Counted from the first letter of the stretch, positions 1 to 9,235 are shown. The stretch: DNA of 32,000 nt from Candidatus Methylomirabilis oxygeniifera (GCA_000091165.1 FP565575.1:1500001-1532000), one strand, 5' to 3'. Numbers and translations: made by a program. The notes: generated by a model from the letters alone, not told the origin.

Positions 1-1022
1 TCCCTGGTGAGAACAATGTGGCCATCCAGGATGGCCCGAGCGTGATCGGCCACCGGCTCGTTCATGTCGTCTCCCTCGACAAGAATGGTGTAGAGCCCCG
101 TAATGCTCCCGCCATGATCGGCGGTACCGGCCCGCTCTAAGAGTCCAGGCAACATGGCAAATGCCGAAGGCGGATATCCGCGCGTCGTCGGAGGCTCTCC
201 CACCGACAGGCCGATTTCCCGCTGAGCCAGCGCGAACCGCGTGAGGCTGTCCATCATCAGGAGAACATGCTTGCCCTGATCCCGAAAATATTCGGCAATC
301 GCCGTCGCAACGTACGCCGCCTGTCGTCGCAGCAGGGAGGGCTCATTGGAGGTGGCCACGACCACCACCGAGCGCCTCAGCCCATCCTCTCCCAACTCCT
401 TGGTAATAAACTCCCGGACCTCCCGTCCCCGCTCTCCTACCAGAGCAATGACGTTCACATCGGCCTCGGTATAGCGGGCGATCATGCCGAGGAGGGTGCT
501 CTTCCCGACGCCGCTCCCTGCAAAGATACCGACGCGCTGTCCCTTACCGCAGGTGAGCAGTCCATCGATCACCCGAATCCCGGTCGCCAGCGGCTCGATG
601 ATAGGGGCGCGCGTCATAGGCGAAGGGGGCTGACGGTGAACAGAACAGCGGGCCTCGACCTCCACCGGAGCCTTCCCGTCGATAGGACGGCCAAGACCGT
701 TGACGACGCGGCCCAGCATCGATCGTCCCACCGGCACCTCAAACGGCCGTCCGGCCGCGACCACCTCGCTTCCCGGACGGATCCCGTGGATCTCGCCCAG
801 CGGCATTAAGAGCAGGATCTCCCCGTGAAACCCCACCACTTCAGCCCATACATCGTGCCTCCCCGCCGAACGGATTCGGCACAGCTCGCCGATGAACGCC
901 TCCTGCCCCACCGCCTCTATCACCAGACCGACCACCTTGGTCACCTTTCCAAGCGATCGAATGAGGTTCGCCTTGTCCATGCGAGCGCGCGCGCGACCCC
1001 AGTCGAATCCGGCGTCGCTCAT
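1..1022 (-). CDS. fliI: Flagellar type III export ATPase FliI; the C-terminal end runs off the window edge
   Basis: Reverse frame is open from nt 1 to the ATG at 1022. It is absent from the ORF track because there is no stop inside the window. My translation: [27 protein letters not shown]..., Walker [18 protein letters not shown] (about nt 500-550), Walker [14 protein letters not shown], and [28 protein letters not shown] at nt 1-80. ATGA start/stop overlap with fliH at 1019-1022. Confidence 0.95.
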   Translation of the reverse strand, partial: MSDAGFDWGRARARMDKANLIRSLGKVTKVVGLVIEAVGQEAFIGELCRIRSAGRHDVWAEVVGFHGEILLLMPLGEIHGIRPGSEVVAAGRPFEVPVGRSMLGRVVNGLGRPIDGKAPVEVEARCSVHRQPPSPMTRAPIIEPLATGIRVIDGLLTCGKGQRVGIFAGSGVGKSTLLGMIARYTEADVNVIALVGERGREVREFITKELGEDGLRRSVVVVATSNEPSLLRRQAAYVATAIAEYFRDQGKHVLLMMDSLTRFALAQREIGLSVGEPPTTRGYPPSAFAMLPGLLERAGTADHGGSITGLYTILVEGDDMNEPVADHARAILDGHIVLTR

Positions 1023-1708
1023 GAGATCTCATCCCTTCCGAGCAGGCGAGCGGCCTCATGAAGTTGGCTCTCCACGCGCGCATCCACAAGACCGGACTCA
1101 ACCTCCACCACGCAGCCCCAGGAGGAGATCGCGGGATCGGGGATGATCCGGGCCGACTCCGGCGAGCCGAGCAGTTCTCCCCGATGCTCCATCAACAGTT
1201 CGTAATCGCCGGGATTGACCCGAATAGCCATAATCTTTCGGCTCCCGGCGACTTCCAGGGCGGCCCTGACAAACTGTACGGCCGCATCTCGGCGGGCCCC
1301 GAGTTCGGATCGGAGCACTCGCTCCGCAACGGCAACCGCCAGGCGGACCAACTCCTCCTCCGCATTCGTGATAACGGCTTGGCGAGCGGACGCAACCTGT
1401 CGACAGGTCTCCTGCAGCAACGTCTCCAACGGCTCGCACCGACGCCGCATCTCGTCCATCGCGTCCTGTCGGCCCCTGGCGCGACCCTCCCGTTCGGCCT
1501 CGCGCTCGATCTGTTGCGCCGCCTCACGAGCCGAGAGTATGATCGCCTCAGCCTCGCGCTCGGCCGCTCGGATCGACTCATACCCCGACTGTGCAGACTC
1601 GTGCTCTGTCGCCCACGCCCCGCCGGCCGATCGGCCCGCGCTATATACCAACTCTTCAAAGGAGACTCGCTCCCATCCACCAACTCCGGCCGTCACAATC
1701 TTAGACAA
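1019..1708 (-). CDS. fliH: Flagellar export apparatus protein FliH (FliI regulator)
   Basis: Lies between fliG and fliI. Charged coiled-coil stretch ([31 protein letters not shown]) and C-terminal [17 protein letters not shown] are typical of FliH. The track ORF runs to ATG 1861 but would overlap fliG by 160 nt. I prefer TTG at 1708, preceded by GGAGGA at a 5-6 nt spacing; GTG at 1696 is an alternative. Confidence 0.78.
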   Translation of the reverse strand: MSKIVTAGVGGWERVSFEELVYSAGRSAGGAWATEHESAQSGYESIRAAEREAEAIILSAREAAQQIEREAEREGRARGRQDAMDEMRRRCEPLETLLQETCRQVASARQAVITNAEEELVRLAVAVAERVLRSELGARRDAAVQFVRAALEVAGSRKIMAIRVNPGDYELLMEHRGELLGSPESARIIPDPAISSWGCVVEVESGLVDARVESQLHEAARLLGRDEIS

Positions 1709-2717
1709 TGATCTCCTCCGCGCCGCCACCGCGCCCCTGCACAATAATCTCACCCGCCTCATCGAGACGCCGTACGATCGCAACAACCTTCTGCTGGGCC
1801 GCCTCCACATCCCGAAGCTTGACCGGTCCCAGATATTCGATCTCCTCCTTGAGCAGGGCACCCGCCCGCTCCGACATATTTCTGAAGAGTTTGTCCGCTA
1901 CCTCGGAGCCGGCTGCCTTCATCGCAAGGGCAAGTTCCTTCTGTTCCACCTCCTTGAGGACGCGCTGGATACCACGATCGTCCACCAGGACGACATCATC
2001 AAAGGTGAACATCAGTTTGCGGATCTCGTCCGCCATATACGGGTCGCTCTCCTGGATGACCTGAAATACGCCGCGTTCGCTATTTCTATCCATGGAATTC
2101 AGGATCTCCGCTACCTGCTTGACCCCGCCGCTGATAGAGACCTCCTGGTTGACGACGGAGGAAAGACGGTGATCCAGGATCCGCTCGATCTCGCCGATCA
2201 AGTCGGGGTTCGTCTTATCCATGTTGGCGATGCGCATGACGACATCCGCCCTGACCGCGTGCGGCAGACCCGCCAGGACGCCAGCGGAGGTCGTCGACTC
2301 CAGGTGGGACAGGACGACCGCAATGGTCTGTGGGTGCTCCTGTCGGACCGAGTCGAGCAAAAACCGGGGTTCTACCTTCTTGAGAGCGGTGAAAAAGTTG
2401 GCCCCCTTCAGACCCTGAAGACGCTCAATGATCGTCGATGCCTTAGCCTTGCCTACGGCCTTTTCAAGGACATCCTGCGCGTAGCGGATACCGCCGGTCG
2501 ACATAAACTCTTGCGCACGGGCCATCTGCTGAAACTCCTCGATGACCGCAGTCGACGCCTTCGCGGAAACGCTCTTCATCCTGGTAATCTCACCGGTGAT
2601 CGCCTCGATTTCCTCGTCTTCAAGCTGCTTAAAGATTTGCGCAGCCGACTCGACTCCGAGCGTCAGCAGCAGGACAGCGGCCTTTTGGGGACCGGTCAGC
2701 GTCTCAGGGGCGGTCAT
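1701..2717 (-). CDS. fliG: Flagellar motor switch protein FliG
   Basis: 338 aa. N-terminal TGPQKAAVLLLTLGVESAAQIFKQL, middle EHPQTIAVVLSHL, C-terminal torque helix region MSERAGALLKEEIEYLGPV. ATGA overlap with the fliF stop at 2714-2717. Confidence 0.95.
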   Translation of the reverse strand: MTAPETLTGPQKAAVLLLTLGVESAAQIFKQLEDEEIEAITGEITRMKSVSAKASTAVIEEFQQMARAQEFMSTGGIRYAQDVLEKAVGKAKASTIIERLQGLKGANFFTALKKVEPRFLLDSVRQEHPQTIAVVLSHLESTTSAGVLAGLPHAVRADVVMRIANMDKTNPDLIGEIERILDHRLSSVVNQEVSISGGVKQVAEILNSMDRNSERGVFQVIQESDPYMADEIRKLMFTFDDVVLVDDRGIQRVLKEVEQKELALAMKAAGSEVADKLFRNMSERAGALLKEEIEYLGPVKLRDVEAAQQKVVAIVRRLDEAGEIIVQGRGGGAEEIIV

Positions 2718-4345
2718 GACGGCCTCTTCACCATCCAGGCCCTGACGAGCTGGGCGACGACATTCGGGTTATTGCGGGCCAGTTCCATCAGCCCAGTCCT
2801 GAGCGGATCGTCCGAGGCGACATCCAGGGCCGGGGCCTGATCCGGTCCGGTTTCGATCGCGGTGGGACCTGGTTGCGACATTGAAAGCATTCCCGGCGTG
2901 TCAAAGGTCGGAAGCCGGCGCTCTTTCAGCGAACGAATCAGCGGCCGCAGGCCGAACACCAGCACAAGGAGGACACCGACACCCATCAGAACCGGCTTCA
3001 CCAGCGAGTACCAGAAGGCCTTGCGCTCTGCCTCCTCCATGAGGGCCCGCTCCTTCTCCGTGGCCGAGGTATCGAAGGGAAACTCCACCACCTCAACCTC
3101 ATCCCCGCGAGCCGCACTAAATCCCACTGCATTTTTTACGGCTACCTTGATCTTCTCGAGTTCATCGGACTTCCGAGGAACATACTCTTTCCGCTCGCCG
3201 CCCTTGCCATCCGGAACCGGCTTATAGGTCCCGTCCACCATGACCGCTACCGACACCCGCTTCAACTCACCGGGTGAAAAGACCTTCCGTTCAAGGACCT
3301 TGCTCACATCATATTGAACCGTTTCAGCCTCTTTCGTCGATTTCGCGGTGCTCTGACCAGACTGCGACGGCGTGGCGGTCTGATCCGGAACATTGGAGGC
3401 GACCCCCGCGACTGCTGCAGGGCTCGCTGTGACGCTCTGCTGGGTCTCTGTCGTCCGCTGTTCGCTCTTAATGACACCGCGCGGGTCAAACCGCTCCTCT
3501 GTCCGCTCTACACTGGTAAAGTCCATCTGAGCGGCGACCCTCACCGTCGCTTTATTCGGGCCAAGGATCTCTTCGAGCATGGTCCGGACGCGGCGCTCAA
3601 GCTCGCCCTCGACAGCCTCCTGCGCCTCGAACTGTCCGGTACTTCCTGCGCCGAGCCTACCCTCGGCCGGCCGCGCGATCAGTTTCCCTGACGTATCCAC
3701 CACCGTTATCCGATCGGCATTGAGCCCCTCTACCGAGCTCGAGACCAGGTGTACGATTCCTCGTACCTGCTCAGGCGTCAGGCGGGCACCGGGACGGAGG
3801 TTCAGGACAACTGAAGCGGTCGCGGGCTTCTCCTGCTCGGTAAATACCGATGGCTGAGGGAGGGCAAGGTGAACACGAGCCGCCGTGACCTCTTTGAGTT
3901 GCCCGATTGTCCTGGCAAGCTCACCTTGGAGGGCGCGCTGGTAATTGAGTCGCTGAACAAAGTCGGTCGTCCCCAGTGTCGTACGATCGAAGATCTCGAA
4001 GCCCACCCCTCCGCCTTGCGGCAGGCCACGGGTCGCCAGATGCAGTCGGATCTCGTGGACGACGGCCGACGGGACAAGAATCCTGGTCCCGCCGTCAACG
4101 ACCCGATAGGATACCTTGCCGCTTTTCAGTTCATCGACAATGGCACCGGCATCGGAGGGGTTCAACTGTGAGAAGAGGGTGGTCATATCAGGACGGTGCG
4201 TCGAGAAGACCATCCAGAGGAGTGCCGTAAGCGCGCCTCCTCCCACCAGTACGGTCAAGGCTCGTCCCGTCAGACCAAGCCCACCCCACACCTGCTTGAA
4301 TAATTCTACAACCTTTGTGATGGCATCAGGCATCTGTAACCCCAA
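2714..4345 (-). CDS. fliF: Flagellar MS-ring protein FliF
   Basis: 543 aa. N-terminal TM helix (ALTVLVGGGALTALLWMVF), YscJ/FliF ring region (LKSGKVSYRVVDGGTRILVP...RLNYQRALQGELARTI), second TM near the C-terminus (VLMGVGVLLVLVFGL) and a FliG-binding tail. The track start is TTG 4345; the in-frame ATG at 4333 (MPDAITKVV) is an equally plausible start. Confidence 0.93.
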   Translation of the reverse strand: MGLQMPDAITKVVELFKQVWGGLGLTGRALTVLVGGGALTALLWMVFSTHRPDMTTLFSQLNPSDAGAIVDELKSGKVSYRVVDGGTRILVPSAVVHEIRLHLATRGLPQGGGVGFEIFDRTTLGTTDFVQRLNYQRALQGELARTIGQLKEVTAARVHLALPQPSVFTEQEKPATASVVLNLRPGARLTPEQVRGIVHLVSSSVEGLNADRITVVDTSGKLIARPAEGRLGAGSTGQFEAQEAVEGELERRVRTMLEEILGPNKATVRVAAQMDFTSVERTEERFDPRGVIKSEQRTTETQQSVTASPAAVAGVASNVPDQTATPSQSGQSTAKSTKEAETVQYDVSKVLERKVFSPGELKRVSVAVMVDGTYKPVPDGKGGERKEYVPRKSDELEKIKVAVKNAVGFSAARGDEVEVVEFPFDTSATEKERALMEEAERKAFWYSLVKPVLMGVGVLLVLVFGLRPLIRSLKERRLPTFDTPGMLSMSQPGPTAIETGPDQAPALDVASDDPLRTGLMELARNNPNVVAQLVRAWMVKRPS

Positions 4346-4346
4346 T

Positions 4347-4388
4347 GAGCTGTCAGCTCTCAGCGATCAGATGTCAGCTCTCATCAGA
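4347..4388. repeat. Heptanucleotide-periodic tract in the fliF-fliE spacer (CAGCTCT CAGCGAT CAGATGT CAGCTCT CATCAGA)
   Basis: Direct reading of nt 4347-4388: CAG recurs every 7 nt. The tract overlaps the fliE stop (4384-4386). Confidence 0.6.
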
Positions 4389-4686
4389 CCGGCATCCGCA
4401 TAATCTCCTGGTACGCCTCGACGACCTTATTCCGAACCTGGAGCATGAGTTGAAATGAGATCTGGGCCTTCTCGATGGCGATCATGGTTGCGGCGAGGTC
4501 GCCGGACTGCCCTTTGGCCACCTGCTCAGCGAGGGCGTCGGCCTCGTGCTGCAACCGATCCGTCTGGCTCACGGCCTCCCGTAAGAGGCCGGCAAATGAG
4601 CCTTCGCCGCTGACGCCCGTCTTGGTCGCAGATGGGACGGACAATCCCTGGCCTAGTCTTACCGGTAAGATCGGATTGCTTGACAT
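4384..4686 (-). CDS. fliE: Flagellar hook-basal body complex protein FliE
   Basis: 100 aa. C-terminal LAATMIAIEKAQISFQLMLQVRNKVVEAYQEIMRMPV is the FliE signature. AAGGAG lies 7 nt upstream of the ATG. Position is flgC-fliE-fliF. Confidence 0.9.
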   Translation of the reverse strand: MSSNPILPVRLGQGLSVPSATKTGVSGEGSFAGLLREAVSQTDRLQHEADALAEQVAKGQSGDLAATMIAIEKAQISFQLMLQVRNKVVEAYQEIMRMPV

Positions 4687-4689
4687 GCC

Positions 4690-4800
4690 ATGGCTCCTTT
4701 AGCGATCAGCGTGCAGCGTCAAGAGCAGCCTGAAGGGGCATAGACTGTAGCCTGAAGGTGTGATAGGGCTTTCGGACTTGAGCCTTCGGACTATTCGCCT
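4690..4800. repeat. Spacer made of short periodic repeats (AGCGATC AGCGTGC AGCGTCA; GCCTGAAGG x2; CTTCGGACT x2)
   Basis: Direct reading of the fliE-flgC spacer. GCCTGAAGG copies are 21 nt apart and CTTCGGACT copies are 14 nt apart, both multiples of 7. The GAAGG and CCTTC motifs are in inverted orientation and could pair. Confidence 0.55.
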
Positions 4801-4802
4801 TT

Positions 4803-5234
4803 TCACCGCCCGATCTCCAACGTCTTTGTCATCATGCTCTTCGCAATCTGGATCGCGGAGATATTCGCTTCATAGGCGCGGGATGCCGACATCAGATCGA
4901 CCATCTCCATCACCGGGTTGATATTCGGCATCGCCACATACCCCGCGGTGTCGGCATCGGGATGCGACGGGTTATAGACCAGGTTTGGCGGCGCTTGGCT
5001 CTCAACGATCTTCAGCACCTCGACCCCGCCGGGCGCGGCGCCCGCGTTCAAGAGCCCCTCAAAGGCCGACGTCCCGCGCGTGCCGAGCACCACTCCCTTG
5101 CGGCGGTACGGTCCGCCGATCGGCGTCCGCGTGACCTCGGCGTTGGCGAGGTTTTCGGCAATAAGGTTCATCCGAACCCGCTGGGCGGCTAACGCCGTCG
5201 CGTTGATCTCCATCGACGCAAACATTGATCCCAT
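4803..5234 (-). CDS. flgC: Flagellar basal-body rod protein FlgC
   Basis: 143 aa. ALAAQRVRMNLIAENLANAEVTRTP..GGPYRRK and C-terminal VDLMSASRAYEANISAIQIAKSMMTKTLEI are rod-protein N- and C-terminal signatures. AAGGAG lies 6 nt upstream. Confidence 0.93.
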   Translation of the reverse strand: MGSMFASMEINATALAAQRVRMNLIAENLANAEVTRTPIGGPYRRKGVVLGTRGTSAFEGLLNAGAAPGGVEVLKIVESQAPPNLVYNPSHPDADTAGYVAMPNINPVMEMVDLMSASRAYEANISAIQIAKSMMTKTLEIGR

Positions 5235-5243
5235 GCCGTCTCC

Positions 5244-5606
5244 TTATCCGCCCCGAATGACGGTTCGCAGAAGATTCATCCGTGAGTTCAGGATCTGAAT
5301 CATCGTATTGTGCCATAATGCATTCTCCGCCATCTTCGCCATCTGCCGATCGAGATCGACCGCATTGCCGTCGTACCGTCCTGCGCCGACCGATCGATCG
5401 GCCGCCACGGCGGTCCTGACGACCATAGCGGGAGGCTCGCCCGCCTCGGACGCAAGTCTGAGCTCTTCACTGAAATCTACCTCCATCGGGCGATAGCCCG
5501 GGGTATCGATATTTGCGATGTTCCGCGCGAGCACCTGGTGCCGCAACGACGCGGCTCGGACCATCTCGGTGAGCAGGTCTGAGGTCTCGTCGAACAACAG
5601 TTGCAT
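5244..5606 (-). CDS. flgB: Flagellar basal-body rod protein FlgB
   Basis: 120 aa. LRHQVLARNIANIDTPGYRP and DGNAVDLDRQMAKMAENALWHNTMIQILNSRMNLLRTVIRG are typical of FlgB. First gene after the sigma-54 promoter. Confidence 0.9.
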   Translation of the reverse strand: MQLLFDETSDLLTEMVRAASLRHQVLARNIANIDTPGYRPMEVDFSEELRLASEAGEPPAMVVRTAVAADRSVGAGRYDGNAVDLDRQMAKMAENALWHNTMIQILNSRMNLLRTVIRGG

Positions 5607-5670
5607 CCGTCATCCTTCCCTAGAAAGGCGTTGAGCGGTCACCACTCAGCATTTAGGCGTTTAGACTGAA

Positions 5671-5710
5671 GACCGAAGGCTAAGAGAGACTTACCTAACA
5701 GCCTTCAGCC
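5671..5710 (-). other. Predicted RNA hairpin in the flgB leader, built from inverted CCTTCRG repeat units
   Basis: On the transcript, GGCUGAAGGC (rc of 5701-5710) can pair with GCCUUCGGUC (rc of 5671-5680): 10 bp including 2 G-U pairs, 20-nt loop. A second CCTTCAGCC copy lies at 5717-5725. Confidence 0.4.
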
Positions 5711-5734
5711 TATCAACCTTCAGCCTCTCGAAGC

Positions 5735-5750
5735 AGCAAAGGGTGTGCCA
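5735..5750 (-). promoter_or_regulatory. Sigma-54 (RpoN) promoter for flgBC-fliEFGHI
   Basis: The reverse complement of 5735-5750 is TGGCAC-ACCCT-TTGCT, a full match to the -24/-12 consensus TGGCAC-N5-TTGC with correct spacing. It lies 19 nt downstream of the activator gene stop and about 130 nt upstream of the flgB ATG. Confidence 0.78.
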
Positions 5751-5768
5751 TGCGGAACGCCCTGTTTT

Positions 5769-7154
5769 TTAAGGGCTTTCACGAACTGAAGCCAAAGAGG
5801 CGGCAAGATCCCGATTGGTCATAGGCAAAATTTTCCCGGCCTCGCGATAATCCCTCAGCTTATTTCGAATCGTCCGCACGCTCACGCCGAGAATCTCCGC
5901 CGCCTTCATCCGATTGCCGCCTACTTTCGCCAGCGTCTCCAGGATCAATTGCTTTTCCATGGCGCGGAACGAGCCGCCTGCCGCTTCCTGAATCTGATCG
6001 TTGGTTGCAGGCTCGACCAGAGTTTCCAATATCAGATCCGACGGCTCGAGACGGATTCGATCGCACAACAGGACCGACCGATGAATACAGCTCTCAAGCT
6101 CCCGCACATTGCCGGGCCACGGCCACTCCTCTAATCGCTTGACGGCAGCGGGCGAGATCTCCCGTACCACACTGCCCGACCCGCCCGCATACCGCATGAC
6201 AAAATGTTGCGCCAACAGTGAGATGTCGCCTCTCCGCTCTCGAAGCGGAGGCAGGGAGATCGGAACGACCGCCAAACGGTAGTACAGATCGGGGCGAAAA
6301 CGCCCATGACGAATCTCCTCCTTCAGATCCCGATTGGTGGTCGCAACAACGCGGATATCGATCTCGACCGGCCGCGACCCGCCGATCCGGTCGATGGTCC
6401 GCTCCTGCAGCGCCCTGAGCAGCTTGGCCTGCAAGACCGCCGGCATCTCGCTGATCTCGTCGAGCAGCAGGGTGCCGCCGTCTGCCGCCTCGAACTTCCC
6501 GACGCGACGAGTGACCGCTCCCGTAAAGGCGCCCCGCTCATAGCCGAACAGCTCGCTCTCCAGCAACGACTCGGGAATCGCCGCACAGTTGACCGCAACG
6601 AAGGGCCCACGGCGCCTCTTGCTCCAGAGATGCGCCTGACGGGCGAACAGTTCCTTACCCGTCCCGCTCTCACCCTGGATGAGGATCGACGCCGCGTCGT
6701 CCGCCACTCGCCTGATAGTGCCGAGCAGACTGAGGACCTTCGGCGCACGGCTGACAATGACGGAGGCAGGTTCATCAGCCGGATGAGGCGCCTCTGCGGC
6801 GATGGCCCGCTCCAGGATGTCTTCGACACGCTTCGCCGAGAACGGCTTCATCAGGAAGTCATAGGCCCCTTCCTTCATTGCCTGCACGGCCGTCTCCACC
6901 GATCCGTACGCCGTGATCAGGACCACGCGTGGCGGGCACCCGACCATCTTGATCTGCTTCAGGAATTCAAGCCCATCCATTCTAGGCATCCGGACATCGG
7001 CAAAGACCAGAGAGGCGGGAAATCGCTTGAACTGGAGCAGCGCATCCTCGCCGTCGCAGGCCATGACGCTTTCACACCCCTTTCTCCGGATCGTCTCTGA
7101 CAGGGCTGTTCGCACCAACGGCTCATCGTCCACCACCAGGATACGAGGCTTCAT
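5769..7154 (-). CDS. Sigma-54-dependent response regulator (NtrC family; FlrC/FleR-like: REC + AAA+ + Fis-type HTH)
   Basis: 461 aa. REC with ILVVDDE and phospho-acceptor context LVFADVRMPRMDG. Walker A GESGTGKE, ESELFGYERGAFTGA (GAFTGA sigma-54 contact loop), C-terminal HTH AAEILGVSVRTIRNKL. Confidence 0.92.
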   Translation of the reverse strand: MKPRILVVDDEPLVRTALSETIRRKGCESVMACDGEDALLQFKRFPASLVFADVRMPRMDGLEFLKQIKMVGCPPRVVLITAYGSVETAVQAMKEGAYDFLMKPFSAKRVEDILERAIAAEAPHPADEPASVIVSRAPKVLSLLGTIRRVADDAASILIQGESGTGKELFARQAHLWSKRRRGPFVAVNCAAIPESLLESELFGYERGAFTGAVTRRVGKFEAADGGTLLLDEISEMPAVLQAKLLRALQERTIDRIGGSRPVEIDIRVVATTNRDLKEEIRHGRFRPDLYYRLAVVPISLPPLRERRGDISLLAQHFVMRYAGGSGSVVREISPAAVKRLEEWPWPGNVRELESCIHRSVLLCDRIRLEPSDLILETLVEPATNDQIQEAAGGSFRAMEKQLILETLAKVGGNRMKAAEILGVSVRTIRNKLRDYREAGKILPMTNRDLAASLASVRESP

Positions 7155-7155
7155 G

Positions 7156-8493
7156 TCAGATTTCTCCTTGGGAAGACGCCGTATCCCGGCGTCGGTGTCT
7201 GAACAGAAGCGTAAAGGTCGTCCCTTGGCCTACCCGACTGTCCAGGCTGACCCTGGCTCCATGCCGCTCAAGAATCCGCTCGACAATAGCTAAGCCGAGT
7301 CCCGCACCCTTTGGCTTTGTCGTAAAGAACGGTAGGAATATCTTTTCCAGATCGGCTTCAGCAATGCCGCATCCGCTATCCGACACCCGGACCTCCACAA
7401 ACTCACCTCCACTCATGCCGCCGGCCTCCGGACGCCGGCCGGCCACAGTTTCCGAGTCTCCATTCGAAAGGCGCAACCTGCTTGCGCAGTCGCTGCTGCT
7501 GATCCTGAGTTGGCCCCCGGACGGCATTGCCTGAACAGCATTCAGGACAAGATTGAGAAACACTTGTATCACCAGCTCCCGATCGCCATCAACTTCGAGA
7601 AGGCCTGACTCATACTCTCTGATCAGATCGATCTGCCTCTCCTTGAGCGCATACCACGCCGTGCCGAGCGCCTCCTCAATGACCTCGTGCAAATCGAGGG
7701 GTCGCAAGCAGGGCTTGACAGGTCTGGTAAAGGCCAACAGATTGATCAGAATGATGTTCACGGAGGCGACACCTGCCTGGATACCTTGCGCCAGATGGGT
7801 TTGGCGAACATCGGATCCTGCCTCTTCGGAGAGGATCGTAGCCAACAGCTCTATCGAGGTCAGCGGATTCCTGATTCCGTGAGCAATCGTAACCGCCATC
7901 TGCTCCAACCCGGCCTGCGCAGTCGATCGCCGTCGTCGCTCTTCAACCCATTTCCGCTGTGAGATGTCGTCGAAGATCACAATGGTGTCCAGGACTCTTC
8001 CGCTTTCATCGTAGATCGGCGACGCGCTGATCTCGGCATCTAGAACGTATCCGTCTTTCCTCATGATCCGCCCCTCCCTGGCGCCTTCACGCCCGTCTCC
8101 GGTCACGCCATGGAGGAGGGCCGCTGCCTCCCTACCCAGTAGACGATCGGCCTGCTCCCCCGACACCTCGGCAGCCAGGAAGCCGGTCAGTCGTTCTGCC
8201 CCCCCGCTCCATAGCGTAATCCGGCCGGCGGCATCGACGACAACGATCCCCTTTTCAATACTCTTCAGAAGGTTGGACAGGTAGTGGCGGATACGGGTGT
8301 TCTCCTTCAGGCTCTGGGTCAGCCGAAGGTTCGTATCATTCAGCGCGAAATTAAGAGTCGCTACCTGCTCCCGAAGGGCGGCGTAGGCCTGCTCCAGCCG
8401 CTCAGCCGCCCCCGTAAATCCCTGAAAGGCCCCATGAATCAGGACCGGGAGCGCATCACTGGAGAGGTCGGAACCGACTGACACGTTAGACAC
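7156..8493 (-). CDS. Cytoplasmic PAS sensor histidine kinase (FlrB/FleS-like)
   Basis: 445 aa with no obvious TM segment. PAS region (IVVVDAAGRITLWSGGAERLTGF...MRKDGYVLDAEISASPIYDESG). H-box VTIAHGIRNPLTSI, N-box FLNLVLNAVQAMP, G-boxes VSDSGCGI and GAGLGLAIV. GTG start at 8493 with AGGAG 6 nt upstream. Its stop is 1 nt from the activator ATG. Confidence 0.88.
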   Translation of the reverse strand: MSNVSVGSDLSSDALPVLIHGAFQGFTGAAERLEQAYAALREQVATLNFALNDTNLRLTQSLKENTRIRHYLSNLLKSIEKGIVVVDAAGRITLWSGGAERLTGFLAAEVSGEQADRLLGREAAALLHGVTGDGREGAREGRIMRKDGYVLDAEISASPIYDESGRVLDTIVIFDDISQRKWVEERRRRSTAQAGLEQMAVTIAHGIRNPLTSIELLATILSEEAGSDVRQTHLAQGIQAGVASVNIILINLLAFTRPVKPCLRPLDLHEVIEEALGTAWYALKERQIDLIREYESGLLEVDGDRELVIQVFLNLVLNAVQAMPSGGQLRISSSDCASRLRLSNGDSETVAGRRPEAGGMSGGEFVEVRVSDSGCGIAEADLEKIFLPFFTTKPKGAGLGLAIVERILERHGARVSLDSRVGQGTTFTLLFRHRRRDTASSQGEI

Positions 8494-8531
8494 GGGCGTC
8501 TCCTGTTGCAGCGATAGGGCAAGCGCGGCTC

Positions 8532-8900
8532 TTACGCAGTCGCCAGAATCTGCTCCAGCTTCTTCTTGAGAGTCTCAGCGTCAAACGGTTTGACGATATA
8601 ATTGCTGACCCCTGCCGAGAGGGCGACCATAATATTCTCTCGCTCTGCCACCGTCGTAATCATCAGAACCGGCAACTGCTTGAGCTGATCGTTCGAGCGG
8701 ATGGCCTTCACGAACTCGATGCCGTTCATCTCCGGCATGTTCCAGTCGGTGATGACCAGATCAATCTGGTTACCCGTGAGACAGGCCAAGCCTTCCACTC
8801 CATTGCCGGCCTCAACGGCATCGTCGTGTCCGGCGAACTTGAGGTTATTCCGAATGATCCGCCGCATCGTCGCCGAGTCGTCTACGATCAATACTCGCAT
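8532..8900 (-). CDS. cheY: Single-domain CheY-like response regulator
   Basis: 122 aa. VLIVDDSATMRRI, DLVITDWNMPEMNG (acceptor Asp), LMITT, YIVKPF: the full CheY residue set with no output domain. Confidence 0.85.
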   Translation of the reverse strand: MRVLIVDDSATMRRIIRNNLKFAGHDDAVEAGNGVEGLACLTGNQIDLVITDWNMPEMNGIEFVKAIRSNDQLKQLPVLMITTVAERENIMVALSAGVSNYIVKPFDAETLKKKLEQILATA

Positions 8901-8983
8901 CTTCTGATTTCCTCCCCGTTCTGGCCAGTTGTCAGCTCAGAGCAATATCTATAGCTCATACTCCAGAACCCGGTACACGATAA

Positions 8984-8999
8984 AGCAAGCGGAGTGCCA
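8984..8999 (-). promoter_or_regulatory. Sigma-54 (RpoN) promoter for the cheY-like / PAS-HK / sigma-54 activator operon
   Basis: The reverse complement of 8984-8999 is TGGCAC-TCCGC-TTGCT, a full -24/-12 consensus with correct spacing, about 85 nt upstream of the cheY-like ATG (8900). Confidence 0.75.
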
Positions 9000-9235
9000 A
9001 GCCAAAAATACGCCGAAAACCCTTATTCGGGCCTTAATCAGTGTCCAACAGCAACGATTTACGCGTCATAAAAGGGTAGCCAGAGCGCTTCGAATGGACG
9101 CCGGCGGCTAGGATTTGGCCACAGCGGGTGCAACGAAGCGGGAAGTTGGCGAAAGCAAGGTAAGAACAGAAACGGAACAGGTGAGACATAAATTTGGCCG
9201 CGGTGGAAAAAAGCTTACCAGTACAAAGGGCACGT

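Noticed and set aside
1709-1861. N-terminal extension of the fliH ORF back to ATG 1861
   Set aside because: It would overlap fliG by 160 nt and encodes an Arg-rich stretch (MPCSRRRSNIWDRSS...). TTG 1708 has a GGAGGA SD and gives the usual short overlap with the fliG stop.
1215-2840. 541-aa + strand ORF, the longest + strand ORF in the left part of the window
   Set aside because: It is antisense to fliH/fliG, whose reverse-strand translations carry clear family signatures. Its own translation is Arg/Ser/Ala-rich low complexity with no motifs. Long antisense ORFs of this kind are typical in GC-rich DNA.
6306-7100. 264-aa + strand ORF, with similar cases at 11470-12255 (+) and 10548-11111 (-)
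   Set aside because: All are antisense to, or out of frame with, genes that have unambiguous motifs (the sigma-54 activators and motB). None shows a recognisable domain or a ribosome-binding site.
9116-9132. Sigma-54-like motif TGGCCACAGCGGGTGCA on the + strand upstream of motA
   Set aside because: The GG-to-GC spacing is one nucleotide too long and the -12 element lacks TTGC. A near-perfect sigma-28 promoter nearer to motA explains transcription better.
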